A stretch of DNA of 64,000 nucleotides from a virus. The notes under the pieces were generated by a model that did not search any database, was not told where the DNA came from, and was given only the letters and a program-made list of their open reading frames with translations. Of this stretch, positions 38,683-49,803 are shown piece by piece. Each line of letters opens with the position of its first letter. Within the stretch, counting starts at the first letter, position 1. The position numbers and the translations under genes were made by a program. The DNA lies in the IMG/VR virus record IMGVR_UViG_3300003177_000010, positions 32,001 through 96,000 of that record. The stretch is one strand, 5' to 3'.

Positions 38683-39163
38683 AGGAATAACTTATCCATT
38701 CTTTTCTATAAATACTAAGCCTTATAGTATTACGTATGATATTAATACTATAAGACTACAAAAGTACGAAGATACACATACTGAAACAGTAGATGATAAA
38801 ACATTATCTGGTAAATATATTAGTAGACTTTTACAACTGAATAATAGAATTACTTTTGATAATACTAGTAACTCCTTACAGGAGTTACTGTTTAGCAAGG
38901 CTAAATGGGGGATGGATAGTAATGCTATACCATTTGACCTAAGTAATAAAGAAAACTACCCAGCAAAGATACATAAAATAAAAAGGGTAATCGGTAACCT
39001 AATATGGCTACGGAATATATCTTACCCATTTACTCTAGCTATGCCTACCGACGTAGACATTGATAGAGAATTATATGCAGTAACTATACTTATACACAAT
39101 GAATGGTACATTAAAGAGTTTGCATATTATCCAACACTATCTAGAAAATGCATAACAGTATGA
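38624..39163 (+). CDS. Conserved hypothetical protein between pol and D10
   Basis: ORF in T5-like synteny; start uncertain. Confidence 0.6.
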   Translation: MKLGIAGVTYKTKQIISKYKGITYPFFSINTKPYSITYDINTIRLQKYEDTHTETVDDKTLSGKYISRLLQLNNRITFDNTSNSLQELLFSKAKWGMDSNAIPFDLSNKENYPAKIHKIKRVIGNLIWLRNISYPFTLAMPTDVDIDRELYAVTILIHNEWYIKEFAYYPTLSRKCITV

Positions 39164-41520
39164 ACAAAGTACACGTAAAAAGTATAGTAATATCTGATAA
39201 AATATATATGAAAAAAGAGGATGTGGAAGATATAGAGTTATTAACTAAACTTTTTTCATATCCAGGGGTAGATGAAGAGCTAACTACATTAGAAGAGAAT
39301 GAAACCCATTATATGGTGCCTTCTAATGGGTACTATAAGCTAACATGGGATAATGTAATAGACAATAGGACTTTTGAAGAGTTAACATACGACTTAAATT
39401 TTACAGGTACTCTTAGACCAGAACAAGAAGAGTCTGTAGCTAAATTCTTAACTAAAGGCAGAGCAATAAGTGGTATTTTTCAGGCAGAGTGTGGTTATGG
39501 TAAAACATTCGCAGGGTGTGCTATAGTAGCAAGAAACAACACAAGAGCTTTAATACTAGTGCATACTAAATTATTATTTAGGCAATGGATAGAAGAACTA
39601 GAAAAATTATTAGATAATACCAAAATTGGTAAAATTGGCGATGGACTTTTTCAACTAGAAGATGTTACTGTAGCTATATACAAGTCTGCTTTCAATAACA
39701 TTGACAAAATTAAGGATGAATTCTCACTAGCGGTTATCGACGAATGCTTAGATTATGAAGCTGCAGTACAAGATGATAAAGGTAATAAAATTAAAATAGG
39801 TAAAGTAGTTAACAATAAGATGCCTATTAATATACTATGCTACAATGAAAATTTACAGTGTTTTGAATATAAAAAAATATATAACTGGTTTAAAAATAAA
39901 CATGATAATATGTTGTATATACAAACACATAATAATGCTACTTTACGTTGTACAAGTAACCATATAGTATATAAATATGAACAAGGAAAAATAGTAAAGG
40001 TTTCTGCTGACACTCTAAAGATCGGAGACTTTTTAATATCAAATAACAAAAATAAAGTTTCAAAGCTATTAAAAAAGGAGGTCCTACCTATATTACTCGG
40101 GCTGATACTAGGTGAGGGATCTTTAGAGAATACTAGAGGTAAGAAAACTACCAGAGTTAAAATTACTCATGGGTATAAACAACAAGAGTACTTAGAATAT
40201 AAGACTAAAATATTAAAAGATTTTTTTGTAGGTAATACTATAAAAGGGACATCAGGGTATAAACCGGAGAATACAGTATACAGTAACCAATCTGTTAGTT
40301 TTATAGATAATTTAGGATTAATTAGTAAGTTATATGGAGATAAACGATCTAAAAGTACTATAGATAATTCCTTATTTAGTTACATAAATGAATTTACTTG
40401 GGCGCTATTGCACCAAGACGATGGGTCTTACGTAAATGGTCAGATAACTTTTAGCGTGTGTGAGTTAGATGAAAAATCTTGTGAATTATTAATTAAATCT
40501 TTAAAGAGTTTATTTAAGCTGAAAGATCCATATTTTTTTACGTGCAATAGAGGTTTTAAGTACATTAGACTAAAAACTAATGATTCCACTATTTTTTTAC
40601 AAAAAATAAATAAATATATACATCCTACAATGGCGTATAAGACTTGCAACTATCGCCCAGAAAACTTTATACCTATAGAAGTAGATAATATATATGAGAA
40701 TTTTACCCTTAAAGAGATAAAAAAAATTAGTAGTAGGCCCGCTACTAATGGTTATAGGTATAATATTAGTGTAGAAGATAATCACAATTATATAGCTGGA
40801 GGCGTATTAGTAGGTAATTGCCATAAGTCGCCAGCTAATATGTTCTCTACCGTAGTTAATAATCTAAGTGCAAAAGTGAAAATAGGGATATCAGCTACCC
40901 CAAAAAGAAAAGATGGAAAACATGTATTTTTGTATGATTATTTTTCGCCTTTTCATGTAGTAGCTAAGGATGCAAGAACGTTACTTAACCCCTCTATAAA
41001 AATAATAGATACAGATTTTAAATTTAATGTTATACAGCCTAAAAGAGACTGGGCTAGGCAGATTAATAAACTAGCTTCTAATAAAAACTATATAAACTTA
41101 ATTGCTAACCACGCAATAGCAGATATTAATAACAATAGATGCATACTTATACTTAGTGATCGACTAGGTATGCTGAAAGATTTAGAAAAGCTAATACCTA
41201 ATAGCATTTTATTAGTAGGAGCTACTAAAAATGAAGTACGAGAAGATATACTTAAAAATGCAGGTAAAACTTACAAAGTTATACTAACTACGAGGATATT
41301 TGATGAAGGTATTAGCTGTCATAGATTAGACACTATGTACACTACTTGTCCTAGTAATAATCCTAATTTACTAGAACAACGAATAGGTAGAATTATAAGA
41401 GAACACCCAGATAAGGAGGCTCCTTTAGTAAAAGACTTCTGGTTAAAAGGGCATATAGTAGCTCGTCAACAAATGAGTAGAAAATTATGGTATGGTAAAC
41501 GTGGCTATAACATACTTTAA
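39148..41520 (+). CDS. D10/UvsW-like SF2 helicase containing an intein
   Basis: CGYGKT, IDE|CH, SATP.R.DG, QRIGRI.R. Confidence 0.92.
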   Translation: MHNSMNKVHVKSIVISDKIYMKKEDVEDIELLTKLFSYPGVDEELTTLEENETHYMVPSNGYYKLTWDNVIDNRTFEELTYDLNFTGTLRPEQEESVAKFLTKGRAISGIFQAECGYGKTFAGCAIVARNNTRALILVHTKLLFRQWIEELEKLLDNTKIGKIGDGLFQLEDVTVAIYKSAFNNIDKIKDEFSLAVIDECLDYEAAVQDDKGNKIKIGKVVNNKMPINILCYNENLQCFEYKKIYNWFKNKHDNMLYIQTHNNATLRCTSNHIVYKYEQGKIVKVSADTLKIGDFLISNNKNKVSKLLKKEVLPILLGLILGEGSLENTRGKKTTRVKITHGYKQQEYLEYKTKILKDFFVGNTIKGTSGYKPENTVYSNQSVSFIDNLGLISKLYGDKRSKSTIDNSLFSYINEFTWALLHQDDGSYVNGQITFSVCELDEKSCELLIKSLKSLFKLKDPYFFTCNRGFKYIRLKTNDSTIFLQKINKYIHPTMAYKTCNYRPENFIPIEVDNIYENFTLKEIKKISSRPATNGYRYNISVEDNHNYIAGGVLVGNCHKSPANMFSTVVNNLSAKVKIGISATPKRKDGKHVFLYDYFSPFHVVAKDARTLLNPSIKIIDTDFKFNVIQPKRDWARQINKLASNKNYINLIANHAIADINNNRCILILSDRLGMLKDLEKLIPNSILLVGATKNEVREDILKNAGKTYKVILTTRIFDEGISCHRLDTMYTTCPSNNPNLLEQRIGRIIREHPDKEAPLVKDFWLKGHIVARQQMSRKLWYGKRGYNIL
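39745..40818 (+). mobile_element. Intein (358 aa) with LAGLIDADG endonuclease in the helicase DECH motif
   Basis: CLDYE start, CTSNH block B, LGLILGEG and HQDDG, end NYIAGGVLVGN|C. Confidence 0.92.
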
Positions 41521-41941
41521 CTATAACGAAATATTATTAAGGGCACGAGGCGACCCTGCAGCAATAATAATTTTGACACATGCCCAAACAAAATATTATA
41601 ATGAGTTAACAACTCGGCAGTTAATGAAAAGTCTATGTATTAATCATATACCGATTTACTTATTTAGAAGTAAAACATTAGTAAAACATAGAAAATTTGT
41701 TAAGTGCATATATAGAACAAAAGAGCCACAAAGTTATATAAAGAACGTAGAGTTCTTAAAGTATAATATTAATGCAAGATACAAAGCTTTGTACATTAGA
41801 GCTTTGTCAATGAGAAAAATATCAGAACATATAGATTATATACCAAGAAGCTATTTTGGCAATATAAGTAAGAATCCTCTTATAACATATGATGATGATA
41901 AGATATACTTTCCTCTAGAAAGTAAACAGTCCTCGCGATGA
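41492..41941 (+). CDS. Hypothetical protein
   Basis: ORF between D10 and D11. Confidence 0.6.
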   Translation: MVNVAITYFNYNEILLRARGDPAAIIILTHAQTKYYNELTTRQLMKSLCINHIPIYLFRSKTLVKHRKFVKCIYRTKEPQSYIKNVEFLKYNINARYKALYIRALSMRKISEHIDYIPRSYFGNISKNPLITYDDDKIYFPLESKQSSR

Positions 41942-41995
41942 GGAAAATTAACTCCTACATGTAGGAACCAACGTTCAGAAAAAGGAACAACAAAT

Positions 41996-42652
41996 ATGGT
42001 AGCTTGGGATAAAGCAAAAGGAAAACAACCGGGTGGTGGTCAAAAACGTGACATAGTTAGGTTACCAATGAAAATGGGGGACAATAAAATTAGACTAGTA
42101 GGTGATTTGTTACCTAGATATGTATACTGGGTAATTACAAAAGAGGGTAGAAAAATACCGGTTGAATGTTTAAAATTTGATAGAGAAACAGAAACTTTTA
42201 ATAATAATGCAGAAGATCCTTTTGACGAAATTGATGAAGCAGTATTTTCTGATAAACCACAATTTGCCTATGTGTGTAACGCAATAGATAGGTCTGATGG
42301 GCAAGTTAAACTATATGATTTACGTAGCACAGTATATGGGCAAATAGTAGACTATGCAAAAGACCCTGAGTATGGGCCCCCTACTGACGAAGTAAATGGT
42401 TATAACTTTAATGTTAAAAAAGAATCTACCGGACCCTTACCTCAAAATGTAAAATATACAGTAGTGGCAGGTAGAGGTAATGCACCTCTTACAGAAGAAG
42501 AAAAAGCTATGGAATTGTATGAGTTAGATAATATTATGAAAAGACCTACATATGATGAACAAAAAGCATGGCTACTTAAAAATACTACGTATTTTATGGC
42601 GGAAGTTACTGACGAATTTAAAGCTACAGAGGAAGTTACCGATTTAGCATGA
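41996..42652 (+). CDS. T5 D11-like ssDNA-binding protein
   Basis: PRYVYW, acidic C-terminus, synteny. Confidence 0.8.
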   Translation: MVAWDKAKGKQPGGGQKRDIVRLPMKMGDNKIRLVGDLLPRYVYWVITKEGRKIPVECLKFDRETETFNNNAEDPFDEIDEAVFSDKPQFAYVCNAIDRSDGQVKLYDLRSTVYGQIVDYAKDPEYGPPTDEVNGYNFNVKKESTGPLPQNVKYTVVAGRGNAPLTEEEKAMELYELDNIMKRPTYDEQKAWLLKNTTYFMAEVTDEFKATEEVTDLA

Positions 42653-43500
42653 GAAAGTCATTAGCAGAGTTAGCTAAAAATTCTGCTACTGATAATAATA
42701 AAGCACCAGAACCTAGTAGTTTTGGTGCTTTTAAATCAGTAGAGGGTGGCCAAGCTACTATAGACCTAGATAAACTAAGAAAACATAATATATTTTTTGC
42801 TACTCCTTGCTATGGGGGTATGTTAACAGACCAATTCTTTTTAAGTATGTTTAAAACTTCTCAATTATTTATGCAGCAAGGTATTAACTTTAGGGTAACT
42901 ACTCTAAGAAACGAGAGTCTAATAACTAGAGCTAGAAATATTTTGGTAGCTATGTTTTTAGAATCTGATTGTTCTCACCTTATGTTTATTGATAGTGATA
43001 TTGAGTTCCAGCCAGAAGATATACTTAGAGCTTTAGCTTATGATAAACCAATAATGGCAGCTGCATATCCTAAAAAAACTATAGATCTAGATGCTGTTAG
43101 ACGAGGAGAATCAGGAGTACAATATGCTATAAACTTTAAATTTCAAGATATAGAAAGTAAAAAGGTACGAGTGGATAAAGGGGCTGTAGAAGTACTGGAT
43201 GCTTCAACAGGGTTCTTCTTAATAAAAAGAGAAGTTATTGAAAAAATGATAGCTGCACATCCAGAGCTACATTACCGAAATGACTCTAATGTTGACCCTA
43301 GGTTAAATAAATATTGCTACGCTCTCTTTGATACAGTAATTGACTCTACAGATTCACGCTATTTATCTGAGGATTACACGTTCTGCCGTCGCTGGCAGGA
43401 TCTAAAAGGGGAAGTCTGGTTAGATACTAATACAAAACTTAATCATGTTGGTAGCTACACTTTTGAAGGTGATGTGTCAAAAATTATAAACCGTGGTTAG
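42649..43500 (+). CDS. GT-A fold glycosyltransferase-like protein
   Basis: ATPCYGG, ITRARN, FIDSDI, TGFFLI, LSEDYTFC. Confidence 0.8.
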   Translation: MRKSLAELAKNSATDNNKAPEPSSFGAFKSVEGGQATIDLDKLRKHNIFFATPCYGGMLTDQFFLSMFKTSQLFMQQGINFRVTTLRNESLITRARNILVAMFLESDCSHLMFIDSDIEFQPEDILRALAYDKPIMAAAYPKKTIDLDAVRRGESGVQYAINFKFQDIESKKVRVDKGAVEVLDASTGFFLIKREVIEKMIAAHPELHYRNDSNVDPRLNKYCYALFDTVIDSTDSRYLSEDYTFCRRWQDLKGEVWLDTNTKLNHVGSYTFEGDVSKIINRG

Positions 43501-43774
43501 CAGTATTGAACTACGTTCAAATAGGCTGGGAATTAACTTTCTTGGCCTATATTAGCAGGCACAGTACTCCCACTTAAAAATGTGAAACTTCGTTTCATCG
43601 CTAATAACGTTGTGAAACGAAGTTTCATAAAAAATAACAACTTTTTAATAGCTGTGCGGCACTTGTTTAACAGCTTATCACCTACGGTGTAATGTTAATC
43701 ACTTTGTTATACATAAATACTAGCACAGTTTAATTAATTGTGCAATATAAAAAATTAAAAAAAAGGATTTAAGC

Positions 43775-44737
43775 ATGAAAATACTTAACTCAGCAGACTG
43801 GCACATAGTCCTAAATAAAAAGAAAGTACCTTATGAATGGCAAGAAGAAAGATTTATTATGCTATTCGAAAAGTTACGAGAGTTAGAAAAAGATGTAGAT
43901 GTTCATATTATTTCAGGAGATATATTTGATAAAGCTCCTAACACTGACGAAACTTGTTTAGTTCTTTCTTACTTAAATAGTGTTACAATACCTACTATAA
44001 TCATTCCAGGTAATCACTCATCTACTAAAAAAGGTCATTCTTTTTGGGAATCTTTTGAGAGGGAAAATGCAATAACTAATTCTAATATTCACTTATTTAC
44101 TAAAAATGGTAGAGTAAAAGTATTAGATCAATGGTTTCAGTGTTTTCCTTACGGTGAAATGCAAGTAGGAAATCTACCTGAATTTATAGAAGATGATATT
44201 TTAGTTACTCATATAAGAGGGGAAGTACCTCCACATATAACTGCTGAATATGACTTTGAAAAAATTCGTCCATGGAAGTTAACATTGATTGGGGACCTTC
44301 ACTTTAACCACCAATACAAAGACTTTAATGTATTTTACCCTGGGTCCCCTGTTAATACCACGTTTGATAGACTAGAAAATAGAGAATATGGGGTAGATAT
44401 GTTCACAGTAGATGGTAGTACTTTTTCGAAGCAATTTATAGACTTGAAATTACCTAAATTATTAAGAAAAACAGTTAAATCAATAGAAGCTATGGTAGAA
44501 GACCCTTATAATCATGTAATATATGAAATTACTGGGTCATTAGACGATTTAGCAAAAATTAAGAATTCTAGTTTATTAGATAAAAAGTTAGTAGATACCC
44601 CTAGCTCTAATAGTAAACTTAACTTAGCTGATAAAAGTATATATGAAGAACTTGCCGTATACCTTAAATACAAAAAGATAAGTAATACTAAAGCAGTACT
44701 AGAAGAGTTTACAAACAGCTATACAGGAGAATTATAA
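43775..44737 (+). CDS. D12/SbcD(Mre11)-like nuclease
   Basis: ADWH, GDIFD, PGNH, GDLH, YPGS. Confidence 0.92.
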   Translation: MKILNSADWHIVLNKKKVPYEWQEERFIMLFEKLRELEKDVDVHIISGDIFDKAPNTDETCLVLSYLNSVTIPTIIIPGNHSSTKKGHSFWESFERENAITNSNIHLFTKNGRVKVLDQWFQCFPYGEMQVGNLPEFIEDDILVTHIRGEVPPHITAEYDFEKIRPWKLTLIGDLHFNHQYKDFNVFYPGSPVNTTFDRLENREYGVDMFTVDGSTFSKQFIDLKLPKLLRKTVKSIEAMVEDPYNHVIYEITGSLDDLAKIKNSSLLDKKLVDTPSSNSKLNLADKSIYEELAVYLKYKKISNTKAVLEEFTNSYTGEL

Positions 44738-46578
44738 TGAGTAACATAGTATTAAAAAATTTAACGTTCTCTAATATGTTTGGGTACGGCAAAGATAATA
44801 GTGTGTGTCTTAATAGTAATAGTATTAGTCAGTTGTATGCTGAAAATGGATTCGGAAAATCGACAATAGCTCTAATAATACAAGAGCTATTGTTTAATAA
44901 AAACGTTAAAGGTATAAAAAAAACTGATATAATAAATCGCTATGTTAATGATAAATACTGGGAGGCATCATTATCCTTTAGTGCAGATGACTTAGATTAT
45001 ATAGTTAAAGTACGTAGACAAGGCGCTACTACTAAAGTTACCTTATTTGAGAATGATGTTGACATATCAGAGCATAAAGTCTTAGATACTTATAAAAAAA
45101 TATCAAATATAATAGGCATGACATTTGAGGTATTTTCTCAGCTTACTTATCAATCTAGTGTTGACTACTTAGAATTTCTAAAAGCTACTGATGCAAACAG
45201 GAAAAAATTTTTAATAAAGTTATTTAATTTAGAGAAGTACATAACTATTGGTGAAGTTATGAAGGCAAAAGCTACAGACATCAGTAAGGAACTCTTGGGC
45301 CTAGAAGGCGAATTAAAATCTGTAGAGGACTTTTTAAATACAACTACAATTCCTGAGTATAAAACCGAAGTATCTATCCCTAAAATAAATAAAGACATAA
45401 TTATAAAAATAGCAGAGATTTCTGAAAAAATAAGTAATATTAATAGCATAACTAAGGCTATAGATGCTAATAACTTAAGAATTAAAGAGCGAGACGCTTT
45501 AGATTTTGATATTAGCTTAGAAAAACCAGAGGACTTTAAGTATAAAAACGAAATGTCAACTTTAAAGTTTGATTTAACTAAGTTACAGTCAGAAATTAGC
45601 CAACTTAAGTTAGATATAGCTAATATAGATACTACAGATATTTGTGAAACTTGTGGGCAGGCTATAAATACCGACCATCTTAAAGAAATTAAGAGTAAAA
45701 AAACTAAGTTACTTAATAGTAAAAAAGATATTCATAACCAAGGAAGTCATAAATTTATAGAGTTTGAAAAAGAAGCTAAAAGGATATATGAAGAAAATAC
45801 TAGATATATTAATAACAAAAGATTAATAGAAAAATTTGAGCAACTAACTCAATTAATAGATACATCTATGGATACGGAGTATCCAGATATAGGGGCTTTA
45901 ACTAAGGAAAAACATGAGCTGGTTGCTACTAACGCAAAAGAGCAACTGGCTAATGAAAAAGCGTATAATATCAATAGCTCAATTAAAGCTCATAACGCTA
46001 AGGTAGATACACTAATTGAGCAAAAAAATGAATTTAAAGTTAGACAAAATACTTTATCTAATGTTATACTAAATAAATCTAGTCAGCACACAAACTTAGA
46101 TATATTAAAAAAAGCTTTCAGCACTACAGGTATAGTAGCTTTTAAACTAGAAAACCTAACCAAAGAGCTGGAGATCAATATAAACTACTATTTAGCGCTG
46201 CTAAGTGATGGTAAATTTCAAATTGAGTTCGTATTAGATAAAGAAAAGCTAAATATATCAGTTATAAGTGATGGTAAGACTGCTCCTATAGAGACTACTT
46301 CTGGAGGTGAATTTAGTAGGATACAAACAGCTATTTTATTTGCTATACGTAATGTTTTAGCAAAACTCGGCGGTAGTAGTGTTAATTTACTATTTTTAGA
46401 CGAGGTAATGTCAGTACTAGATGATGCAGGTAAAGAAGGGCTAATAGATATTCTATTTGAGGAACAAAATATAAATGTATTCTTAATATCTCACGAATAT
46501 ACTAATCCATTAATACCGAAAATAATAATAAATAAAAAAGATAATATAAGTAATATAACTGATCAGTCAGTTAATTAA
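44737..46578 (+). CDS. D13/SbcC(Rad50)-like ATPase
   Basis: NGFGKS, CETC hook, SGGE, LFLDE, ISH. Confidence 0.93.
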   Translation: MSNIVLKNLTFSNMFGYGKDNSVCLNSNSISQLYAENGFGKSTIALIIQELLFNKNVKGIKKTDIINRYVNDKYWEASLSFSADDLDYIVKVRRQGATTKVTLFENDVDISEHKVLDTYKKISNIIGMTFEVFSQLTYQSSVDYLEFLKATDANRKKFLIKLFNLEKYITIGEVMKAKATDISKELLGLEGELKSVEDFLNTTTIPEYKTEVSIPKINKDIIIKIAEISEKISNINSITKAIDANNLRIKERDALDFDISLEKPEDFKYKNEMSTLKFDLTKLQSEISQLKLDIANIDTTDICETCGQAINTDHLKEIKSKKTKLLNSKKDIHNQGSHKFIEFEKEAKRIYEENTRYINNKRLIEKFEQLTQLIDTSMDTEYPDIGALTKEKHELVATNAKEQLANEKAYNINSSIKAHNAKVDTLIEQKNEFKVRQNTLSNVILNKSSQHTNLDILKKAFSTTGIVAFKLENLTKELEININYYLALLSDGKFQIEFVLDKEKLNISVISDGKTAPIETTSGGEFSRIQTAILFAIRNVLAKLGGSSVNLLFLDEVMSVLDDAGKEGLIDILFEEQNINVFLISHEYTNPLIPKIIINKKDNISNITDQSVN

Positions 46579-46602
46579 AGCTAAACGAGTTTAGGAGAAT
46601 AC

Positions 46603-49600
46603 ATGTTAGCAATAGGTAAAAAACCAATTAAATTTACTTTGAAAAAAGCATTTAAAGATAATCTTAATACCTTACCAGTAAAATGGGGATATGAAGGATT
46701 ATCTGAATTTACTTTTTATAGAACGTATTCAAGAAAGAAAGAAGATGGTACTTTAGAAACTTGGGCAGATTGTGTAGCCAGAGTAGTAGAAGGAGTATTT
46801 AGTATATTAAAGACTCATGCAATATCCTCGAATCTGCCATGGAATGAGCAGAGATCACATAAGCTAGCAGAAGAATCGGCAGAAAGGCTTTTTGAATTTA
46901 AGTGGACACCTCCAGGTCGTGGTTTATGGATTATGGGTACTGACTACTTATGGGATAAGGGAGGCATGGCTCTATATAATTGTACTTTTGCATCTACAGA
47001 AAATATAGATGCTGATCTCAGTAAGCCTTTTGCCTTTGTTATGGATACTATGATGCAAGGAGTTGGAGCTGGCTATGATACAGACGGTGCCGGTAAATTA
47101 ATAGTAAATGAGCCTATAGGAGATCCTGAATTAATTGTAGTTGAGGATACAAGAGAGGAATGGGTAGAAGCAATTTCATGCCTAATTGATTCTTATCTAG
47201 AAGATGATAGTAATCCTATTTTAATAGATACACACAAAGTTAGAGCTTATGGAGAACCTATAAAAGGTTTTGGAGGAGTAGCAAGCGGTCCTGAACCTTT
47301 GATACAAGGATTTCATGGTATTAAAGAGATATTAGATAATAGAGTTAATGAATTAATTACTGTATCAGATATTGTGGATATTATGTGTATAATAGGCAAA
47401 ATAGTTGTAGCTGGTAATGTTAGACGAAGTGCTTTAATTACTTTAGGAGACGCTAATAACGAAGAATATATTAACCTAAAAAATTGGGATAGACACGCTA
47501 TTGCAATGGGAGTAGAAGCTCCTTTAGAGCTAAAAGAAATAAGCGAAGAAGATTATAATAACTATAATAATTCTTACGATTCTAGAGAGGCTATAGCTAA
47601 AAAATATGCTACCGAAAAATGGAGTTGGAAGTTTGGAGGTTGGCGTTGGGCATCTAATAATTCAGTGTATGCTAAAGCAGGGATGGATTATGAGAAATAC
47701 GTTGATGCTATTGCTCAGAACGGGGAACCAGGCTTCTTCTGGATAGATACTGCAAAAAATTATGGAAGACTAGCGGACGGAATAGATGTTAGTGATAGAG
47801 AGGTGAAAGGGCTTAATCCGTGTGTCAGTGGAGACACTTGGGTATTAACAGTCGAAGGCAATAAACAGGTTAAAGATTTAGTAGGAAAACCTTTTAAGGC
47901 TATAGTTAATGGTGAGGCCTATCCATCTACTGAAGAAGGTTTTTGGTCTACAGGAGTAAAACCAACTTATGAAGTAACTTTAGATAACGGTAGTAAAGTT
48001 GTAGCAACAGGTAACCATAAATTTTTAAATAATAAGGATGAATGGGTAGAATTATATAATTTGGAAATTGGTAACACGTTACAAATAAATAACCAAAAGC
48101 CTATTTGGGATAATGAAATAGGAAACCATCAAGAAGGCTACTTTATAGGGCAGTTAATAGGCGATGGTACATTCAGTCCAGATAATAAACCTATTATAAC
48201 TCTGTGGGTAGATAAAGATAAATATAGTAGTTTAAATGACTATGGACCTTATATTTATATACAAAAATGGCTTGCAACCTTACCTACTAGGAGCGCTTTT
48301 TTAGGTCTAAGTTTAGCTGTAGATACGGATAAGTATATGCAAGTAAGAGCCTCTTGTAGCGCTCTACAACAGATAGCTAATAAGTACGGAGTATACAAGT
48401 TAGAGAAAAAAGTTCCAGAATTTGGTAGTTTATCTTTTACTAAAGGACTACTTCAGGGTCTTTTTGACGCGGACGGTTCTGTACAAGGAGATCTACAAAA
48501 AGGCGTATCTATTAGACTAACTCAGAATAATTTAAAAAGATTAGAAGCTGTACAAAGGCTTTTACTAAGTTTAGGTATAGCATCTAAAATATATAAAGAT
48601 AGGAAAAAAGAAGACTATTATAAAATGCCAGACGGTAAAGGCGGTAGTAAAGACTACTTATGTAAGGCAGTACATGAGTTAATAATTACTAGAGATAGCA
48701 TAGTAATATTTAATGAACAAATAGGTTTTAGAGATAACGCTAAAAAAGATAAACTTAACACTATTATTAATTCGTATACTAGAAAGCCTTATAAGTCTAA
48801 ATATACTTATAAAATCGTATCTATAGTACCAAAAGGCGAAGAAGAGGTATACGATTGTACAATAAGTGAAGTTCATAGATTTAGCGCTAACGGTTTAATA
48901 GCTCACAACTGTGCTGAAATCGCCCTTGAGAGTTTTGAGACGTGTAATCTTAATGAGAACTACCCAGCCAACCACGAAGACTACTGGGATTTTCAAAGGA
49001 CCTTAAAGTTTTCATATCTATATTCTAAGGCTGTAACTTTAATGGCTACAAACTGGCCAGAAACAAACGCTATTATTAGTAAAAATCGAAGAATAGGTTG
49101 TTCTCTATCAGGAATACAAGAAGCGTTTATTAAATTTGGTAGACATAATTTCCTAGAGTGGGCTAATGATGCCTATGATTATTTAGGATATTTAGATAAG
49201 AAGTATTCTGACTGGTTAGGTATTCCTAAATCTAAAAGAAGAACTACAGTAAAACCTAGTGGAACTGTTTCATTATTAGCAGGAGCTTTACCAGGTATTC
49301 ATCATACAGAATCTACTTCTTACTTTAGGTTAGTAAGAATAGCTACAACGTCACCACTAGTACAGATACTTAAAAATTCTAACTATAAAATAGAACCAGC
49401 AACAAGCGATCCTACTAGAACATTAGTTGTATATTTCCCTGTAATTGTTGATAGTAGTTTACCTACTAAGAAAAATGTTTCTATATGGCAACAATTTAAA
49501 GATTTAGCAGATATGCAGAAGTTGTGGGCAGATAATGCTGTATCTATAACAGTTACATTTTCAAAAGAAGAAAAAAATCAAATTGCTGCATGTCTAAGTG

Positions 49601-49803
49601 CTTTTGATAGTGAAATAAAGTCAGTATCTCTGTTACCATTCTCAGATCATGGATATGAGCAAGCTCCGTATACTGCAGCACCTTTAGAAGAGGTTCAGCA
49701 ATATGCAGATACATTATTACCCTTAGACTTTAGTTTATTAACTTCAGAGGGTGATAATGCAGAATCAAATAAGTTCTGCTCTAACGACTCTTGTGAGATA
49801 TAA
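46603..49803 (+). CDS. nrdJ: Class II (B12-dependent) ribonucleotide reductase with intein
   Basis: RTYSR, PPGRGLW, GNVRRSA, NP|CAE, TVKPSGT, C-terminal CSNDSC. Confidence 0.93.
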   Translation: MLAIGKKPIKFTLKKAFKDNLNTLPVKWGYEGLSEFTFYRTYSRKKEDGTLETWADCVARVVEGVFSILKTHAISSNLPWNEQRSHKLAEESAERLFEFKWTPPGRGLWIMGTDYLWDKGGMALYNCTFASTENIDADLSKPFAFVMDTMMQGVGAGYDTDGAGKLIVNEPIGDPELIVVEDTREEWVEAISCLIDSYLEDDSNPILIDTHKVRAYGEPIKGFGGVASGPEPLIQGFHGIKEILDNRVNELITVSDIVDIMCIIGKIVVAGNVRRSALITLGDANNEEYINLKNWDRHAIAMGVEAPLELKEISEEDYNNYNNSYDSREAIAKKYATEKWSWKFGGWRWASNNSVYAKAGMDYEKYVDAIAQNGEPGFFWIDTAKNYGRLADGIDVSDREVKGLNPCVSGDTWVLTVEGNKQVKDLVGKPFKAIVNGEAYPSTEEGFWSTGVKPTYEVTLDNGSKVVATGNHKFLNNKDEWVELYNLEIGNTLQINNQKPIWDNEIGNHQEGYFIGQLIGDGTFSPDNKPIITLWVDKDKYSSLNDYGPYIYIQKWLATLPTRSAFLGLSLAVDTDKYMQVRASCSALQQIANKYGVYKLEKKVPEFGSLSFTKGLLQGLFDADGSVQGDLQKGVSIRLTQNNLKRLEAVQRLLLSLGIASKIYKDRKKEDYYKMPDGKGGSKDYLCKAVHELIITRDSIVIFNEQIGFRDNAKKDKLNTIINSYTRKPYKSKYTYKIVSIVPKGEEEVYDCTISEVHRFSANGLIAHNCAEIALESFETCNLNENYPANHEDYWDFQRTLKFSYLYSKAVTLMATNWPETNAIISKNRRIGCSLSGIQEAFIKFGRHNFLEWANDAYDYLGYLDKKYSDWLGIPKSKRRTTVKPSGTVSLLAGALPGIHHTESTSYFRLVRIATTSPLVQILKNSNYKIEPATSDPTRTLVVYFPVIVDSSLPTKKNVSIWQQFKDLADMQKLWADNAVSITVTFSKEEKNQIAACLSAFDSEIKSVSLLPFSDHGYEQAPYTAAPLEEVQQYADTLLPLDFSLLTSEGDNAESNKFCSNDSCEI
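47821..48909 (+). mobile_element. Intein (363 aa) with LAGLIDADG endonuclease at the RNR catalytic NPCxE
   Basis: CVSGDT start, ATGNH, IGQLIGDG, LQGLFDADG, end IAHN|C. Confidence 0.95.
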
